From Thermodesulfovibrionales bacterium (GTDB lineage Bacteria > Nitrospirota > Thermodesulfovibrionia > Thermodesulfovibrionales > CALJEL01): 64,000 nucleotides of DNA. Position 1 is the stretch's first letter. Each line of letters begins with the position of its first letter. Both the position numbers and the translations under genes were made by a program. The stretch lies in contig JBDOIG010000059.1 of the NCBI GenBank assembly GCA_041082235.1, forward strand, positions 3,234 to 67,233. The letters run 5' to 3'. Below are positions 37,928-47,584 of the stretch, in pieces. The notes under the pieces were generated by a model. That model saw nothing but the letters and a program-made list of their open reading frames with translations. It was not told the origin of the DNA and made no database searches.

Positions 37928-40627
37928 ATGGCAAAGAAGTCTGCTGCAGTGAAAACAACGAAACAAAAGAAGTATGTTTATTTCTTTGGTAATGGAAAGG
38001 CAGAAGGTCGTGGAGACATGAAGGATCTTCTGGGAGGAAAGGGAGCTGGTCTTGCTGAGATGACAAACCTTGGAATCCCTGTTCCTGCTGGATTTACCAT
38101 TACCACAGAGGCATGTAATGAGTACTTTAAAAATCATAAAAAATATCCTCCAGGTATGTGGGAACAGGTGCTTCAGAATATGAAACGGGTTGAAAAGGCA
38201 ATGGGAATGAAATTCGGAGATCCTGACAACCCGCTTCTTGTATCAGTCCGCTCTGGTGCAAAATTCTCCATGCCTGGGATGATGGATACAGTCCTCAACC
38301 TCGGTCTTAATGAGCAGACCCTCCGGGGTCTTATTAAAAAGACCAACAATGAGAGATTTGCCTATGATGCATACAGAAGGTTTATCACCATGTTTGGAAG
38401 TATAGTCATGGGCATTGACAGACAGAAATTTGAGAATAGCCTTGAGGAGATAAAGAAAGAAAAGGGAGTTCACCTTGACACTGACCTTGACGCAGAAGAC
38501 CTTAAGAGGGTTGTCCAGAGATTTAAGGAGATTTATAAAAAAGAAACAGGCTCTGACTTTCCTCAGGATCCCTATGAGCAGTTGAGGCTTGCAATAAACG
38601 CAGTCTTTGGCTCATGGTTTGGCGACAGGGCAGTAAAATATAGAAAACTTCACGGGATACCTGATAACCTTGGTACTGCCTGTAATATTGTTACTATGGT
38701 CTTTGGTAATATGGGAGAGAATTCAGGGACAGGTGTTGGATTTACCCGTGACCCATCTACAGGTGAGAAGAGGTTCTTTGCTGAGTGTCTTATTAATGCC
38801 CAGGGTGAGGATGTTGTTGCAGGTATAAGGACACCCCTTCATATAGATGAATTAAAAAACAGGATGCCTCAGGCATACAGGGAGCTTGAAAGGATATATC
38901 AGAAGCTTGAAAAACACTACAAAGACATGCTTGATATTGAATTTACTATTCAAGAAGGAAAACTATACATGCTCCAGACAAGGGTCGGCAAGCGGACAGC
39001 AAGGGCAGCCCTCAAGATTGCTGTTGATATGGTCAAAGAAAAACTCATTGACAAGGCAACAGCCGTAATGAGGATAGACCCTGCACAGATAGACCAGCTC
39101 CTTCATCCCATGATAGATCCAAAGGCAAAGGTAAAGGCAGCTGCAAAGGGACTTCCCGCATCTCCAGGTGCAGCAGTTGGGAAGGTTGTATTTACAGCGC
39201 AGGATGCGGAGGAACAGGCAGCAAAAGGTGAAAGGGTAATACTTGTAAGGACAGAGACCTCTCCCGAGGACATCGGCGGGATGGCAGCAGCCCAAGGAAT
39301 ACTTACAGCTAGGGGCGGGATGACATCCCATGCGGCAGTTGTTGGAAGAGGTATGGGAAAGGTATGCGTAGTTGGCTGTGGAGCTATAAATATTAAAGAA
39401 GAAGAAAAATATTTCACCATAAACAATGAGGTAACGGTTCGTGAAGGTGACTATATAACCCTTAATGGAACAACTGGAGAGGTGATCCTTGGTAAGGCAC
39501 CACTTGTGATGCCAGAGCTAACAGGTGATTTTGCAACAATAATGAAATGGGTTGATGAATTCAGAAAGATTGGTGTCAGGGCAAATGCAGATACACCAAA
39601 GGATGCAAAGGTGGCAAGGGACTTTGGTGCAGAAGGAATTGGTCTTTGCAGGACAGAGCACATGTTCTTTGAGGCGGACAGGATAAAGGCTGTCCGCGAG
39701 ATGATACTTGCAGAGACAAGGGAAGAAAGGCAGAGGGCACTTGAGAAGATACTTCCCATGCAGAAGAAAGACTTTATAGAGATCTTCAAGGTCATGGAAG
39801 GTCTTCCTGTTACCATAAGGCTTCTTGATCCACCCCTTCATGAATTCCTTCCTCACAGTGATGAGGAGCTTGAAGAGCTTTCAAGAGAGATGGGAGTTCC
39901 TGTTGAAAGACTAAAGGCAAAGAACAAGGCACTCCATGAATTTAACCCTATGCTTGGCCATAGGGGTTGCAGGCTTGGAATAACATTTCCCGAGATATAT
40001 GAGATGCAGGCAAGGGCAATCATGGAGGCTGCCTGTGAGCTTGCCTCTCAGGGTATAAAGATAATACCAGAGATTATGATTCCTCTAATTGCCCATGTAA
40101 ACGAGCTTAAACTCATGAGGGAGCTTGTTGAGAGAGTTGCGGAGGAGGTTCAGGCAAAGTATAAGACAAGGGTAAGATACACAGTTGGAACAATGATTGA
40201 GCTTCCAAGGGCTGCAATAACCTCTGACGAGATAGCCACTGTGGCAGACTTTTATTCCTTTGGCACAAATGACCTCACACAGACCACCTACGGGCTTTCA
40301 AGGGATGATGCCGGGAAGTTCCTTCCCTATTATATTGACCACAAATTAATAGATGAAGACCCATTTATCTCCGTTGATCAGGGCGGCGTTGGTCAGCTTA
40401 TGGAGATTGCGGTAAAGAAGGGAAGGGCTGTTAAGAAGGACCTGAAGATGGGTATATGCGGAGAGCATGGTGGAGACCCTGCCTCTGTGGAGTTCTGTCA
40501 CAGGGTAGGACTTAATTATGTGAGCTGCTCTCCCTACAGGGTTCCTATTGCAAGGCTTGCTGCTGCCCAGGCTGCAATAAAAGATAAATCAAAGAAGGCA
40601 AAAGAGTTAACAAAGTCCACAGTTTAG
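37928..40627 (+). CDS. ppdK: pyruvate, phosphate dikinase
   Basis: 899 aa with the phospho-His motif GGMTSHAAVVGRG, plus CRTEHMF, FSFGTNDLTQ and GICGEHGGDP. Confidence 0.95.
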   Translation: MAKKSAAVKTTKQKKYVYFFGNGKAEGRGDMKDLLGGKGAGLAEMTNLGIPVPAGFTITTEACNEYFKNHKKYPPGMWEQVLQNMKRVEKAMGMKFGDPDNPLLVSVRSGAKFSMPGMMDTVLNLGLNEQTLRGLIKKTNNERFAYDAYRRFITMFGSIVMGIDRQKFENSLEEIKKEKGVHLDTDLDAEDLKRVVQRFKEIYKKETGSDFPQDPYEQLRLAINAVFGSWFGDRAVKYRKLHGIPDNLGTACNIVTMVFGNMGENSGTGVGFTRDPSTGEKRFFAECLINAQGEDVVAGIRTPLHIDELKNRMPQAYRELERIYQKLEKHYKDMLDIEFTIQEGKLYMLQTRVGKRTARAALKIAVDMVKEKLIDKATAVMRIDPAQIDQLLHPMIDPKAKVKAAAKGLPASPGAAVGKVVFTAQDAEEQAAKGERVILVRTETSPEDIGGMAAAQGILTARGGMTSHAAVVGRGMGKVCVVGCGAINIKEEEKYFTINNEVTVREGDYITLNGTTGEVILGKAPLVMPELTGDFATIMKWVDEFRKIGVRANADTPKDAKVARDFGAEGIGLCRTEHMFFEADRIKAVREMILAETREERQRALEKILPMQKKDFIEIFKVMEGLPVTIRLLDPPLHEFLPHSDEELEELSREMGVPVERLKAKNKALHEFNPMLGHRGCRLGITFPEIYEMQARAIMEAACELASQGIKIIPEIMIPLIAHVNELKLMRELVERVAEEVQAKYKTRVRYTVGTMIELPRAAITSDEIATVADFYSFGTNDLTQTTYGLSRDDAGKFLPYYIDHKLIDEDPFISVDQGGVGQLMEIAVKKGRAVKKDLKMGICGEHGGDPASVEFCHRVGLNYVSCSPYRVPIARLAAAQAAIKDKSKKAKELTKSTV

Positions 40628-40638
40628 AAATAAGCTTA

Positions 40639-40667
40639 AGGTGGCAGACCTGAAAGGTCTGCCACCT
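40639..40667. terminator. 12-bp perfect hairpin between convergent ppdK and cytochrome genes (possible bidirectional terminator)
   Basis: AGGTGGCAGACC-TGAAA-GGTCTGCCACCT. The flanking T-tracts are weak. Confidence 0.5.
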
Positions 40668-40720
40668 ACTATGAGCCTCAAATCCTGATCCCCAGCTTTT
40701 TTCACTAAAATACAGGTCAT

Positions 40721-41818
40721 TTATTTCCTGTAGGCATGAATACCTTTTGCCTTATCTGAAGCCCAGGAGATATCCTTATTAATGTGGCATCCCAGACAGG
40801 CAAAATCAAGGGTCACAAATCCCTTTGCAAACTCTGAGAACTCTGGCTTTCCCTCCTTATCAAGTACAGGCTTCCCCTCTTTATCAAGTTTTGGTTCTTT
40901 ATAGAACATCTCTGCCTTTGTATCTATGTTAATCTTGAAGAGATGGGTCCTTATATCTGCCTTATACTTGTTTTTTGTAGTTGCTGATTTTGTTGCCTTT
41001 GGCATATGACATTTAACACAGCTTATGCCGACCCCATCATGGACACTACCCTTAAAGGTGTTAGCCTGTTTCTCATGACATGCTGAGCAATCCTTCTTGA
41101 TACTGAACTCGGATTTCTTATGCGGATTATGACATACCACACAGTCCAGTGATTTGTGAGGACCTGCGAGTAGCTCATTATACTGTTCATGATGTTCTAT
41201 ATAACCGCCTTTTGCAGGTATCTTGTCCTTCTCTCCTCTAATATGGCATTGACCGCAGAGTGCAGATGATTTATCCACCTTTACCTTTGTCTTGTCACCA
41301 TTTTTTGCATGTTCAGCAGCAGGACCATGGCAGGCCTCACACTGGATACCGGGAAATACCCATGTCCCTACAATGCCTTCAAGACCATCCTGATGTCCTT
41401 CTTTGTTATATCCTGTTGTGTGACATTTGCCACAATCATAGGGTTTTTTCTTACCCTTTTCATAGAATGCCCATTCACCCGTCTCAATATTATACTGGGT
41501 CTTCAGCTCTGAACCATCCTTGGCTGCTGTTATTATGTAACCCTTCTTATCCATATACCTTGCCTTTTTGGTAGCACCACCTATTACATAGGATATATCA
41601 TCCCAGGCATAACCCTTTGGTAATGGTAAAGGCCAGAGCTTTGCTGTATCTACCTTCTGCAGCTTATATGGATGTCCTGAGACCCTGAAATCATTGTATT
41701 CTGCAGGATGACACTTGAAACAGGCATCACTTCCCGCATATTCATCTGCCATTGACAGGCCATTGAACCAGACTAAGAGACTGAGAAGAAACAGGATGTA
41801 AAACATTCTCTTAATCAT
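40721..41818 (-). CDS. secreted octahaem c-type cytochrome
   Basis: 365 aa with a signal peptide and eight CXXCH motifs (CFKCH, CGKCH, CEACH, CGQCH, CVVCH, CSACH, CVKCH, CLGCH). Confidence 0.85.
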   Translation of the reverse strand: MIKRMFYILFLLSLLVWFNGLSMADEYAGSDACFKCHPAEYNDFRVSGHPYKLQKVDTAKLWPLPLPKGYAWDDISYVIGGATKKARYMDKKGYIITAAKDGSELKTQYNIETGEWAFYEKGKKKPYDCGKCHTTGYNKEGHQDGLEGIVGTWVFPGIQCEACHGPAAEHAKNGDKTKVKVDKSSALCGQCHIRGEKDKIPAKGGYIEHHEQYNELLAGPHKSLDCVVCHNPHKKSEFSIKKDCSACHEKQANTFKGSVHDGVGISCVKCHMPKATKSATTKNKYKADIRTHLFKINIDTKAEMFYKEPKLDKEGKPVLDKEGKPEFSEFAKGFVTLDFACLGCHINKDISWASDKAKGIHAYRK

Positions 41819-41873
41819 CTTACCCCTCCATTGTTAAGATTTCTATCTCTCATGAGATAGACTGATGTACTCT

Positions 41874-42188
41874 TTATCTTTTATCTCTCCTTATACCCAT
41901 TACCTCACCTGCAAGTTCTCTTATCTTCTGTTTTGCCTCTAAGAGTGTCTTTCTACCCTTAGGAGTGATGGAATAGTATTTTCTTATCTTACCAGCCTCT
42001 GTTTTTTTGAAAGATCTAAGCAAGCCCTCTGCCTCAAGATTTTTGAGAATTGGATATAATGTGCCTGCACTTAACCTGTAACCATGTCTGCCAAGTTCCT
42101 CTATCATCCATAAGCCATAAAAAGGTTTCTTTGATGAATGATAAAGTATATGTATCCTTATGAAGCCTATGAAAAAGTTTCTAATCAT
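41874..42188 (-). CDS. PadR-family transcriptional regulator
   Basis: 104 aa with winged-helix pattern YGLWMIEEL...LSAGTLYPILKNLEAEGLL. Confidence 0.85.
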   Translation of the reverse strand: MIRNFFIGFIRIHILYHSSKKPFYGLWMIEELGRHGYRLSAGTLYPILKNLEAEGLLRSFKKTEAGKIRKYYSITPKGRKTLLEAKQKIRELAGEVMGIRRDKR

Positions 42189-42408
42189 TATCTATCACCG
42201 ATATGGGCATCCGATAACGGATTATATCACAAGTTGGAAATTAATAAAAGCCTCATTTTGGGATATATAAACATATTTTATAGTGTGTAATTTCTCTTAA
42301 ATGGGTGTAAGCCTATTCCCTGCGGTTTGCCACAGGGAATCTTCAATTATTGCGAAATGTTTCAGGAGTTATAGTATTATTTATAGTTGTGTTTTAAAAT
42401 ATAGGAGT

Positions 42409-43611
42409 ATGCAAAGAGAAGATATAACCAGCCTTAAGATTGAAAAGACCTCTCCTTCAACAGGGAGGAAAAAAAAGAAACTTTTTCTCATATCTATCCC
42501 TTTGCTTTTATTAGTCCTTGGCAGTTATCTATTTTTTAGCTCTGCCCCATCTGTGGAGATAAGCAGTGTATCCCTTATCTATCCATCCCGGTCATTTTCA
42601 GTCATGAGTGCCAGCGGATATGTTATGGCGGACAGAAAGGCTGCCCTTGGAGTGAAGACAACAGGCACATTAGAGTGGCTTGGGGTCAAGGAAGGAGACA
42701 TTGTAAAGAAAGGCCAGGTCATAGGAAGGCTTGAGAATGAGGACAGAAAGCTCAATCTTGAGCAGGCAAGGGCAAATCTTGAGCTTACTCAATCAGCACT
42801 CAAGGAGGCAGAGGCAGAGATCTATGATGCAAGGCTTAGTTTTGAGAGAAGCAAGGCCCTTCTTGAGAGGGGCTTTATCTCAAAGGCTGAGTATGATGCC
42901 TCAGAGACACGGCTCAAAAGGGCAGAGGCGCTGGTTTCTCAGAGAAAGGCACAGATAAAGTTAGCAGAGGCGCAGCTGAGGGAGGCAGAGGTCAATCTGG
43001 AATACACTTACATTAAAGTGCCTTTTGATGGAGTTGTTTTAACAAAGGATGCTGATGTTGGAGATATTGTAACACCCCTTGGAGCAGCAGCAAATGCAAG
43101 GGCCTCTGTTATTACCATAGCTGACCTGAATAGTCTCCATGTGGAGGTAGATGTATCTGAGCAGAACATATCAAAGATAAAGGAAGGTCAGGCCTGCGAG
43201 ATAGAGCTTGATGCATTTCCGGAGAGGAGATTTCGTGGAAGGGTCCTGAAGATAATACCCACTGCAGACAGGACAAAGGCAGCTATAAAGGTGAAGATAG
43301 CCTTTATTGATAGAGAAAAAGGTATGCTTCCTGATATGAGTGCAAAGGTTTCATTTCTTGAGAGGGAGCCCTCTCCTGATGAGCTCAAACCTGTCCTTGC
43401 TGTGAAAAGCTCATCAATAATGAGCAATGATAATAATAAATTTGTCTTTGTCTATGAAGATGGAAGGCTTAAAAAAAGAGAGATTACAACAGGAAGGCAA
43501 TTCAATGGCTTTACAGAGGTCATGAGCGGGCTTAAGCCAGGGGAAAGTATAGTGCCTAATCCTTCAAGGAAGCTCAGGGACGGTATGAAGGTTAAAGTAA
43601 AAGAGAAGTGA
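42409..43611 (+). CDS. efflux-pump periplasmic adaptor (HlyD/MacA family)
   Basis: It has an N-terminal TM anchor, a long coiled-coil hairpin (NLEQARANLEL...AEAQLREAEVNLEYT), and a barrel-sandwich domain. ATG 42409 is preceded by AGGAG. Confidence 0.85.
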   Translation: MQREDITSLKIEKTSPSTGRKKKKLFLISIPLLLLVLGSYLFFSSAPSVEISSVSLIYPSRSFSVMSASGYVMADRKAALGVKTTGTLEWLGVKEGDIVKKGQVIGRLENEDRKLNLEQARANLELTQSALKEAEAEIYDARLSFERSKALLERGFISKAEYDASETRLKRAEALVSQRKAQIKLAEAQLREAEVNLEYTYIKVPFDGVVLTKDADVGDIVTPLGAAANARASVITIADLNSLHVEVDVSEQNISKIKEGQACEIELDAFPERRFRGRVLKIIPTADRTKAAIKVKIAFIDREKGMLPDMSAKVSFLEREPSPDELKPVLAVKSSSIMSNDNNKFVFVYEDGRLKKREITTGRQFNGFTEVMSGLKPGESIVPNPSRKLRDGMKVKVKEK

Positions 43612-44300
43612 ATAACATTGTAGAATTAATAAATATCACCAAATCCTACAGGCGTGGTTCAGAGATTATTTCGGTCCTCGGCGATATAAATCTCTCCATA
43701 CCTGAGGGAGAATTTCTTGCCATAATGGGTCCATCAGGCTCTGGTAAGAGCACACTCTTGAATTTAATTGCTGGCATTGACAGACCAGACAGTGGTAAGG
43801 TAATTGTCTCAGGTATAGATATAACAACACTATCAGAGGATGAGCTTGCCAGGTGGAGGGCCTTTCATGTGGGCTTTATATTTCAGTTTTATAACCTTAT
43901 CCCTGTGCTTACTGCCCTTGAGAATGTGGAGCTACCACTACTGCTTACAGGTCTCTCAAAAAGTGAGAGAAGAGAGCATACGATTACAGCATTGAGGATT
44001 GTTGGTCTTGAGCACAGGCTCAATCACCATCCATCTCAGCTTTCAGGTGGTGAACAGCAGAGGGTTGCTATTGCAAGGGCAATTGTTACTGATCCATCAA
44101 TAATAGTTGCTGATGAGCCAACAGGTGACCTTGATAAATACTCAGCAGAACAGGTTCTTGACCTGCTGGCAGGGCTTAATTCTCAGTTCAGTAAGACCAT
44201 TATTATGGTCACCCATGACCCAAGGGCAGCATCAAAGGCACGGACAATAAGGCATCTTGACAAAGGGGTTCTGAATGCTTCTCCTCAAACTCCTTCTTAA
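43608..44300 (+). CDS. ABC transporter ATP-binding protein (MacB/LolD type)
   Basis: 230 aa with [24 protein letters not shown] and ADEPTGDLD. Confidence 0.9.
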   Translation: MNNIVELINITKSYRRGSEIISVLGDINLSIPEGEFLAIMGPSGSGKSTLLNLIAGIDRPDSGKVIVSGIDITTLSEDELARWRAFHVGFIFQFYNLIPVLTALENVELPLLLTGLSKSERREHTITALRIVGLEHRLNHHPSQLSGGEQQRVAIARAIVTDPSIIVADEPTGDLDKYSAEQVLDLLAGLNSQFSKTIIMVTHDPRAASKARTIRHLDKGVLNASPQTPS

Positions 44301-45432
44301 AAATGCCTTCAGGCAGAGGTTGAGGTCAATCCTTACCATTATTGCAACAACTATTGCCATACTTGCCTTTGGATTTTTAAGGACCATTGTTGATGCCTGG
44401 TATTCAGGTGTTGAGGCATCCTCTCCAAAGAGGCTCGTCACAAGGAATGCTATATCCCTTACAACTCCCCTTCCCATATCTTATAAAGACAGAATCAAAA
44501 AAGTAAGAGGTGTCAGTCTTGTCTCCTATGGGAACTGGTTTGGTGGTATTTATATATCAGAGAAGAATTTCATCCCTAATTTTGCTGTTGATGCAGCCAC
44601 ATACCTGGAGCTTTATCCTGAATATGCGCTATCAGCAGAGGAGAAAAAGGCATTCCTTCAGGACAGAAAGGGCTGTGTTGCTGGAAGAAAGGTAGCAAGA
44701 GAATTTGGATGGAGGATTGGAGATACCATTGTCCTGAAGGGCACTATATTCCCTGGTGAATGGGAATTTACCCTGAGGGGTATCTACAGGGGACTGAGAC
44801 CTTCTACTGATGAGACCCAGCTCTTTTTTCACTTTGACTATCTTAATGAGAGATTGAAGAAGATATATCCCCAGAGGGCAGACCATGCAGGATTTTTCCT
44901 TATTGGCATTGATGATCCAAGAAGGGCTGCTGAGATATCCCTTGAGATAGATAGCCTCTTTAAGAATTCCCTTGCAGAGACACTTACAGAGACAGAAAAG
45001 TCCTTCCAGCTTGGATTCGTTGCCATGACAGAGGCTATACTTATTACAATAAAACTTGTCTCCTATGTAATCATCGCCATTATCCTTGCAATAGTTGCAA
45101 ACACCATGTCCATGAATGTGAGGGAAAGGCTTTCTGAATATGCTGTTATGAAGACAATGGGTTTTTCCTGGCCTCATATATCAATCCTTGTATTTGGAGA
45201 ATCCCTTGTTATTACAACAACTGGTGCAATAATAGGCATGCTCCTTACATTTCCTGCTGCAAGGATATTTGTTGATGCAATGGGTACACTTATGCCTGTA
45301 TTTAATATTACAGAAAAGACCCTGATTCTGGATTTTATTATCTCAATGGCTGTTGGTATTTCGGCAGGGCTATTGCCTGCCTGGAAGGCTATCAGGGTGC
45401 CTGTCCAGAGGGCCCTGACAAGAATAGGATGA
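44275..45432 (+). CDS. FtsX/MacB-type ABC transporter permease
   Basis: 385 aa with an N-terminal TM, a large periplasmic domain, and a C-terminal FtsX 3-TM bundle. Confidence 0.85.
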   Translation: MLLLKLLLKNAFRQRLRSILTIIATTIAILAFGFLRTIVDAWYSGVEASSPKRLVTRNAISLTTPLPISYKDRIKKVRGVSLVSYGNWFGGIYISEKNFIPNFAVDAATYLELYPEYALSAEEKKAFLQDRKGCVAGRKVAREFGWRIGDTIVLKGTIFPGEWEFTLRGIYRGLRPSTDETQLFFHFDYLNERLKKIYPQRADHAGFFLIGIDDPRRAAEISLEIDSLFKNSLAETLTETEKSFQLGFVAMTEAILITIKLVSYVIIAIILAIVANTMSMNVRERLSEYAVMKTMGFSWPHISILVFGESLVITTTGAIIGMLLTFPAARIFVDAMGTLMPVFNITEKTLILDFIISMAVGISAGLLPAWKAIRVPVQRALTRIG

Positions 45433-46592
45433 CACCACTTATTATCTATAACATCAGAAATATTAAGACCAGGAGGCTAACGAGCCTCCTTACAGGTCTT
45501 GGAATGGCCTTTGTGGTATTTGTATTTTCTTCTGTAATGATGATGGCAGAGGGTCTTGAAAAATCACTGGTAGATACAGGCTCCTATGATAATGTAATTG
45601 TGATAAGAAGGGCATCTCAGGCAGAGGTTCAGAGCACGATCCAGAGGACAGAGGCATCTATTGTGGAGACACTTCCATGGATTGGAAAAGATACTGATGG
45701 AAGAAATCTCTCCGAGAGGGAGCTTGTTGTGCTTATAAGCCTTCTTAAAAAGGATGGCAGTCCTTCAAATGTAGTTATAAGGGGCACAGGAGAAAGGTCT
45801 CTCTCCATTAGAAGACAGGTCAGGCTTATTGAAGGAAGGATGCCAAGACCCGGTTCAACAGAGATAGTGGTTGGCACTAGTATAAAAAAGGGATTTAAGA
45901 ACCTTGAGCCCGGAAGCAGGCTGAGATTTGCCCTCAGGGAATGGACAGTTGTAGGGATAATTGATGCAGGCAATACTGCCTTCAGCTCAGAGATATGGGC
46001 TCCTGTTGATAGTCTCATGCAGGCCTTCAAAAGACCTGTTTATTCTTCTGTAGTCTTTAAGCTCATGGTTCCTCAGGACTTTTCTTCTGTAAAGAAGGCA
46101 ATAGAGACAGACCCAAGGCTCGGTCTTGAGGCAAAAAGGGAGATAGATTTCTATAAAGAGCAGTCAGAGGTAATGGCAAGGTTTCTGAGGATACTTGGTA
46201 CATCCCTGTCTATTGTCTTTTCACTTGGTGCAATTATTGGAGCAATGATTACTATGTATGCACAGGTTGCAAACAGGATTCAGGAGATAGGCACGCTCCG
46301 TGTCCTTGGATTCCAGAGGAGGGAAATACTCATGAGCTTTCTTTTTGAATCAGTCATCTTAAGCCTTGCTGGTGGAATAACAGGACTGGTCTTTTCTTCC
46401 TTTCTTCAGTTTTATACGGTCTCCACATTAAACTGGCAGACCTTTTCTGAGCTTGCCTTCAGATTCAGATTAACACCGGGCATTGTTTTGAAGTCCATTG
46501 TCTTTTCGCTTATAATGGGCGCTGTCGGAGGGATTCTCCCAGCATTGAGGGCATCAAGGCTCAATATAGTGAATGCCCTGAGGACAGGATGA
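45429..46592 (+). CDS. FtsX/MacB-type ABC transporter permease (second paralogue)
   Basis: 387 aa with the same architecture. It overlaps the preceding gene by 4 nt. Confidence 0.85.
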   Translation: MTPLIIYNIRNIKTRRLTSLLTGLGMAFVVFVFSSVMMMAEGLEKSLVDTGSYDNVIVIRRASQAEVQSTIQRTEASIVETLPWIGKDTDGRNLSERELVVLISLLKKDGSPSNVVIRGTGERSLSIRRQVRLIEGRMPRPGSTEIVVGTSIKKGFKNLEPGSRLRFALREWTVVGIIDAGNTAFSSEIWAPVDSLMQAFKRPVYSSVVFKLMVPQDFSSVKKAIETDPRLGLEAKREIDFYKEQSEVMARFLRILGTSLSIVFSLGAIIGAMITMYAQVANRIQEIGTLRVLGFQRREILMSFLFESVILSLAGGITGLVFSSFLQFYTVSTLNWQTFSELAFRFRLTPGIVLKSIVFSLIMGAVGGILPALRASRLNIVNALRTG

Positions 46593-46726
46593 AACCTCCA
46601 TCTTGCAGGATTCTTCTACTTTTCAGGCCTCAGAGAATTGTATAAAGGATTTACAGTAATCGTGATAAAATAGATTAGAGTCATTCATCAAGGTAATACC
46701 GAGAACGGATGGGTTAAAGAAACTAA

Positions 46727-46984
46727 ATGACTATTAGATTTACAGATCATGCTATTCTGAAAATAGAGATTTTGAAAAAACATGGTGTAGAAGTTTCAAT
46801 TAGCATGGTTGAAGATATAATAAAGAACCCAGACAAGATTGAGAGAGGCTATAAAAATAGGATGATCGCTCAGAAAAGGATAAGTGAAAATCATGTGCTA
46901 AGGGTTGTTTATGAAGAAGGTGAAGAACAAAGGCTTGTAATAACAATATATCCTGGAAGGAGGTCAAGGTATGAGAAAGATTAG
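46727..46984 (+). CDS. DUF4258-like small protein (putative type II toxin)
   Basis: 85 aa reading F..HA..K...R.I....V........................HVLRVVY......VITIYPG. It is paired with a DUF2283-type gene. Confidence 0.6.
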   Translation: MTIRFTDHAILKIEILKKHGVEVSISMVEDIIKNPDKIERGYKNRMIAQKRISENHVLRVVYEEGEEQRLVITIYPGRRSRYEKD

Positions 46985-47180
46985 ATACAGCAAAGATGTA
47001 GATGCCCTTATTATTGAGCTTTCAGATAAGCCAATTGATCATGCTGAGGAAGAAGGTCAGATAATAATTCATTTCTCAAAAGACAATGAACCTGTGCTTA
47101 TTGAAATATTTGATGCAAAAGACTTCCTCTTAAACTCATTTACAAGTCTCTTCAAGGAGAAAGAAGCTGTTTTGCAATAA
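46971..47180 (+). CDS. DUF2283-like small protein (putative antitoxin)
   Basis: 69 aa with YSKDVDALIIELSDKPIDHAEE...IIIHFSKDNEPVLIEIFDA, typical of DUF2283. It overlaps the upstream gene by 14 nt. Confidence 0.65.
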   Translation: MRKIRYSKDVDALIIELSDKPIDHAEEEGQIIIHFSKDNEPVLIEIFDAKDFLLNSFTSLFKEKEAVLQ

Positions 47181-47245
47181 TTTCTTATGAGCAGGGTCAT
47201 TTTAAAAGTTGACATACCCTTCTCTTTACCTGTAAGATAAGATTA

Positions 47246-47332
47246 ACCCTTGGGGAGGTCGAAAGGCCTGAGACCCTCTTGATGAGGGAACCCATTGAAC
47301 CTGATCCGGGTAATGCCGGCGTAGGGAAGGGC
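47246..47332 (+). promoter_or_regulatory. TPP (THI-box) riboswitch
   Basis: The conserved elements GGGGAGG...CCTGAGA...ACCC...GAACCTGATCCGGGTAATGCCGGCGTAGGGAA were read directly. They lie upstream of thiSGEC. Confidence 0.88.
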
Positions 47333-47346
47333 GGGAAAGAATTTTT

Positions 47347-47384
47347 AAGCCTGCTTCCTCAAGGGAAGCAGGCTTTTTGTTTTA
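47347..47384 (+). terminator. Riboswitch expression-platform terminator
   Basis: The 12-bp stem AAGCCTGCTTCC / GGAAGCAGGCTT has a 5-nt loop and is followed by TTTTTGTTTT, which abuts the thiS ATG. Confidence 0.75.
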
Positions 47385-47584
47385 TGAAGATCAGACTCAA
47401 TGGTCAGGACTACAATATTGAAGAAGAGCTCTCTGTAGAGGAGCTTTTAAGAAGGCTTTCTATTCTGCCTGAGAGGGTTGCTGTTGAGGTGAACCTCCAG
47501 GTGATAAGGAAGGCTGATTTTAAATGCTTTAAGATTAAAGATGGTGATGTTGTGGAGATAGTAAATTTTGTAGGAGGTGGATAG
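47384..47584 (+). CDS. thiS: sulfur-carrier protein ThiS
   Basis: 66 aa from ATG 47384 (MKIRLNGQ...) ending in GG. The annotated 47279 start would run through the riboswitch. Confidence 0.85.
   Translation: MKIRLNGQDYNIEEELSVEELLRRLSILPERVAVEVNLQVIRKADFKCFKIKDGDVVEIVNFVGGG

Noticed and set aside
37841-38137. 98-aa minus-strand ORF across the ppdK start
   Set aside because: It overlaps the ppdK N-terminus and promoter region in antisense and has no recognisable features.
44632-45177. 181-aa antisense ORF inside the FtsX permease gene (and similar long antisense ORFs at 14793..15275, 37262..37753, 59151..59666, 2121..2438, 38963..39331)
   Set aside because: Each is fully nested antisense to a gene with strong family motifs. 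The translations are Cys/Ser/Leu-rich low complexity, as expected from reverse-complement reading of coding DNA.
47279-47383. N-terminal extension of the thiS ORF (annotated start 47279)
   Set aside because: The extension reads through the TPP riboswitch and its terminator. ThiS homologues start at MKI..NG, which corresponds to ATG 47384.
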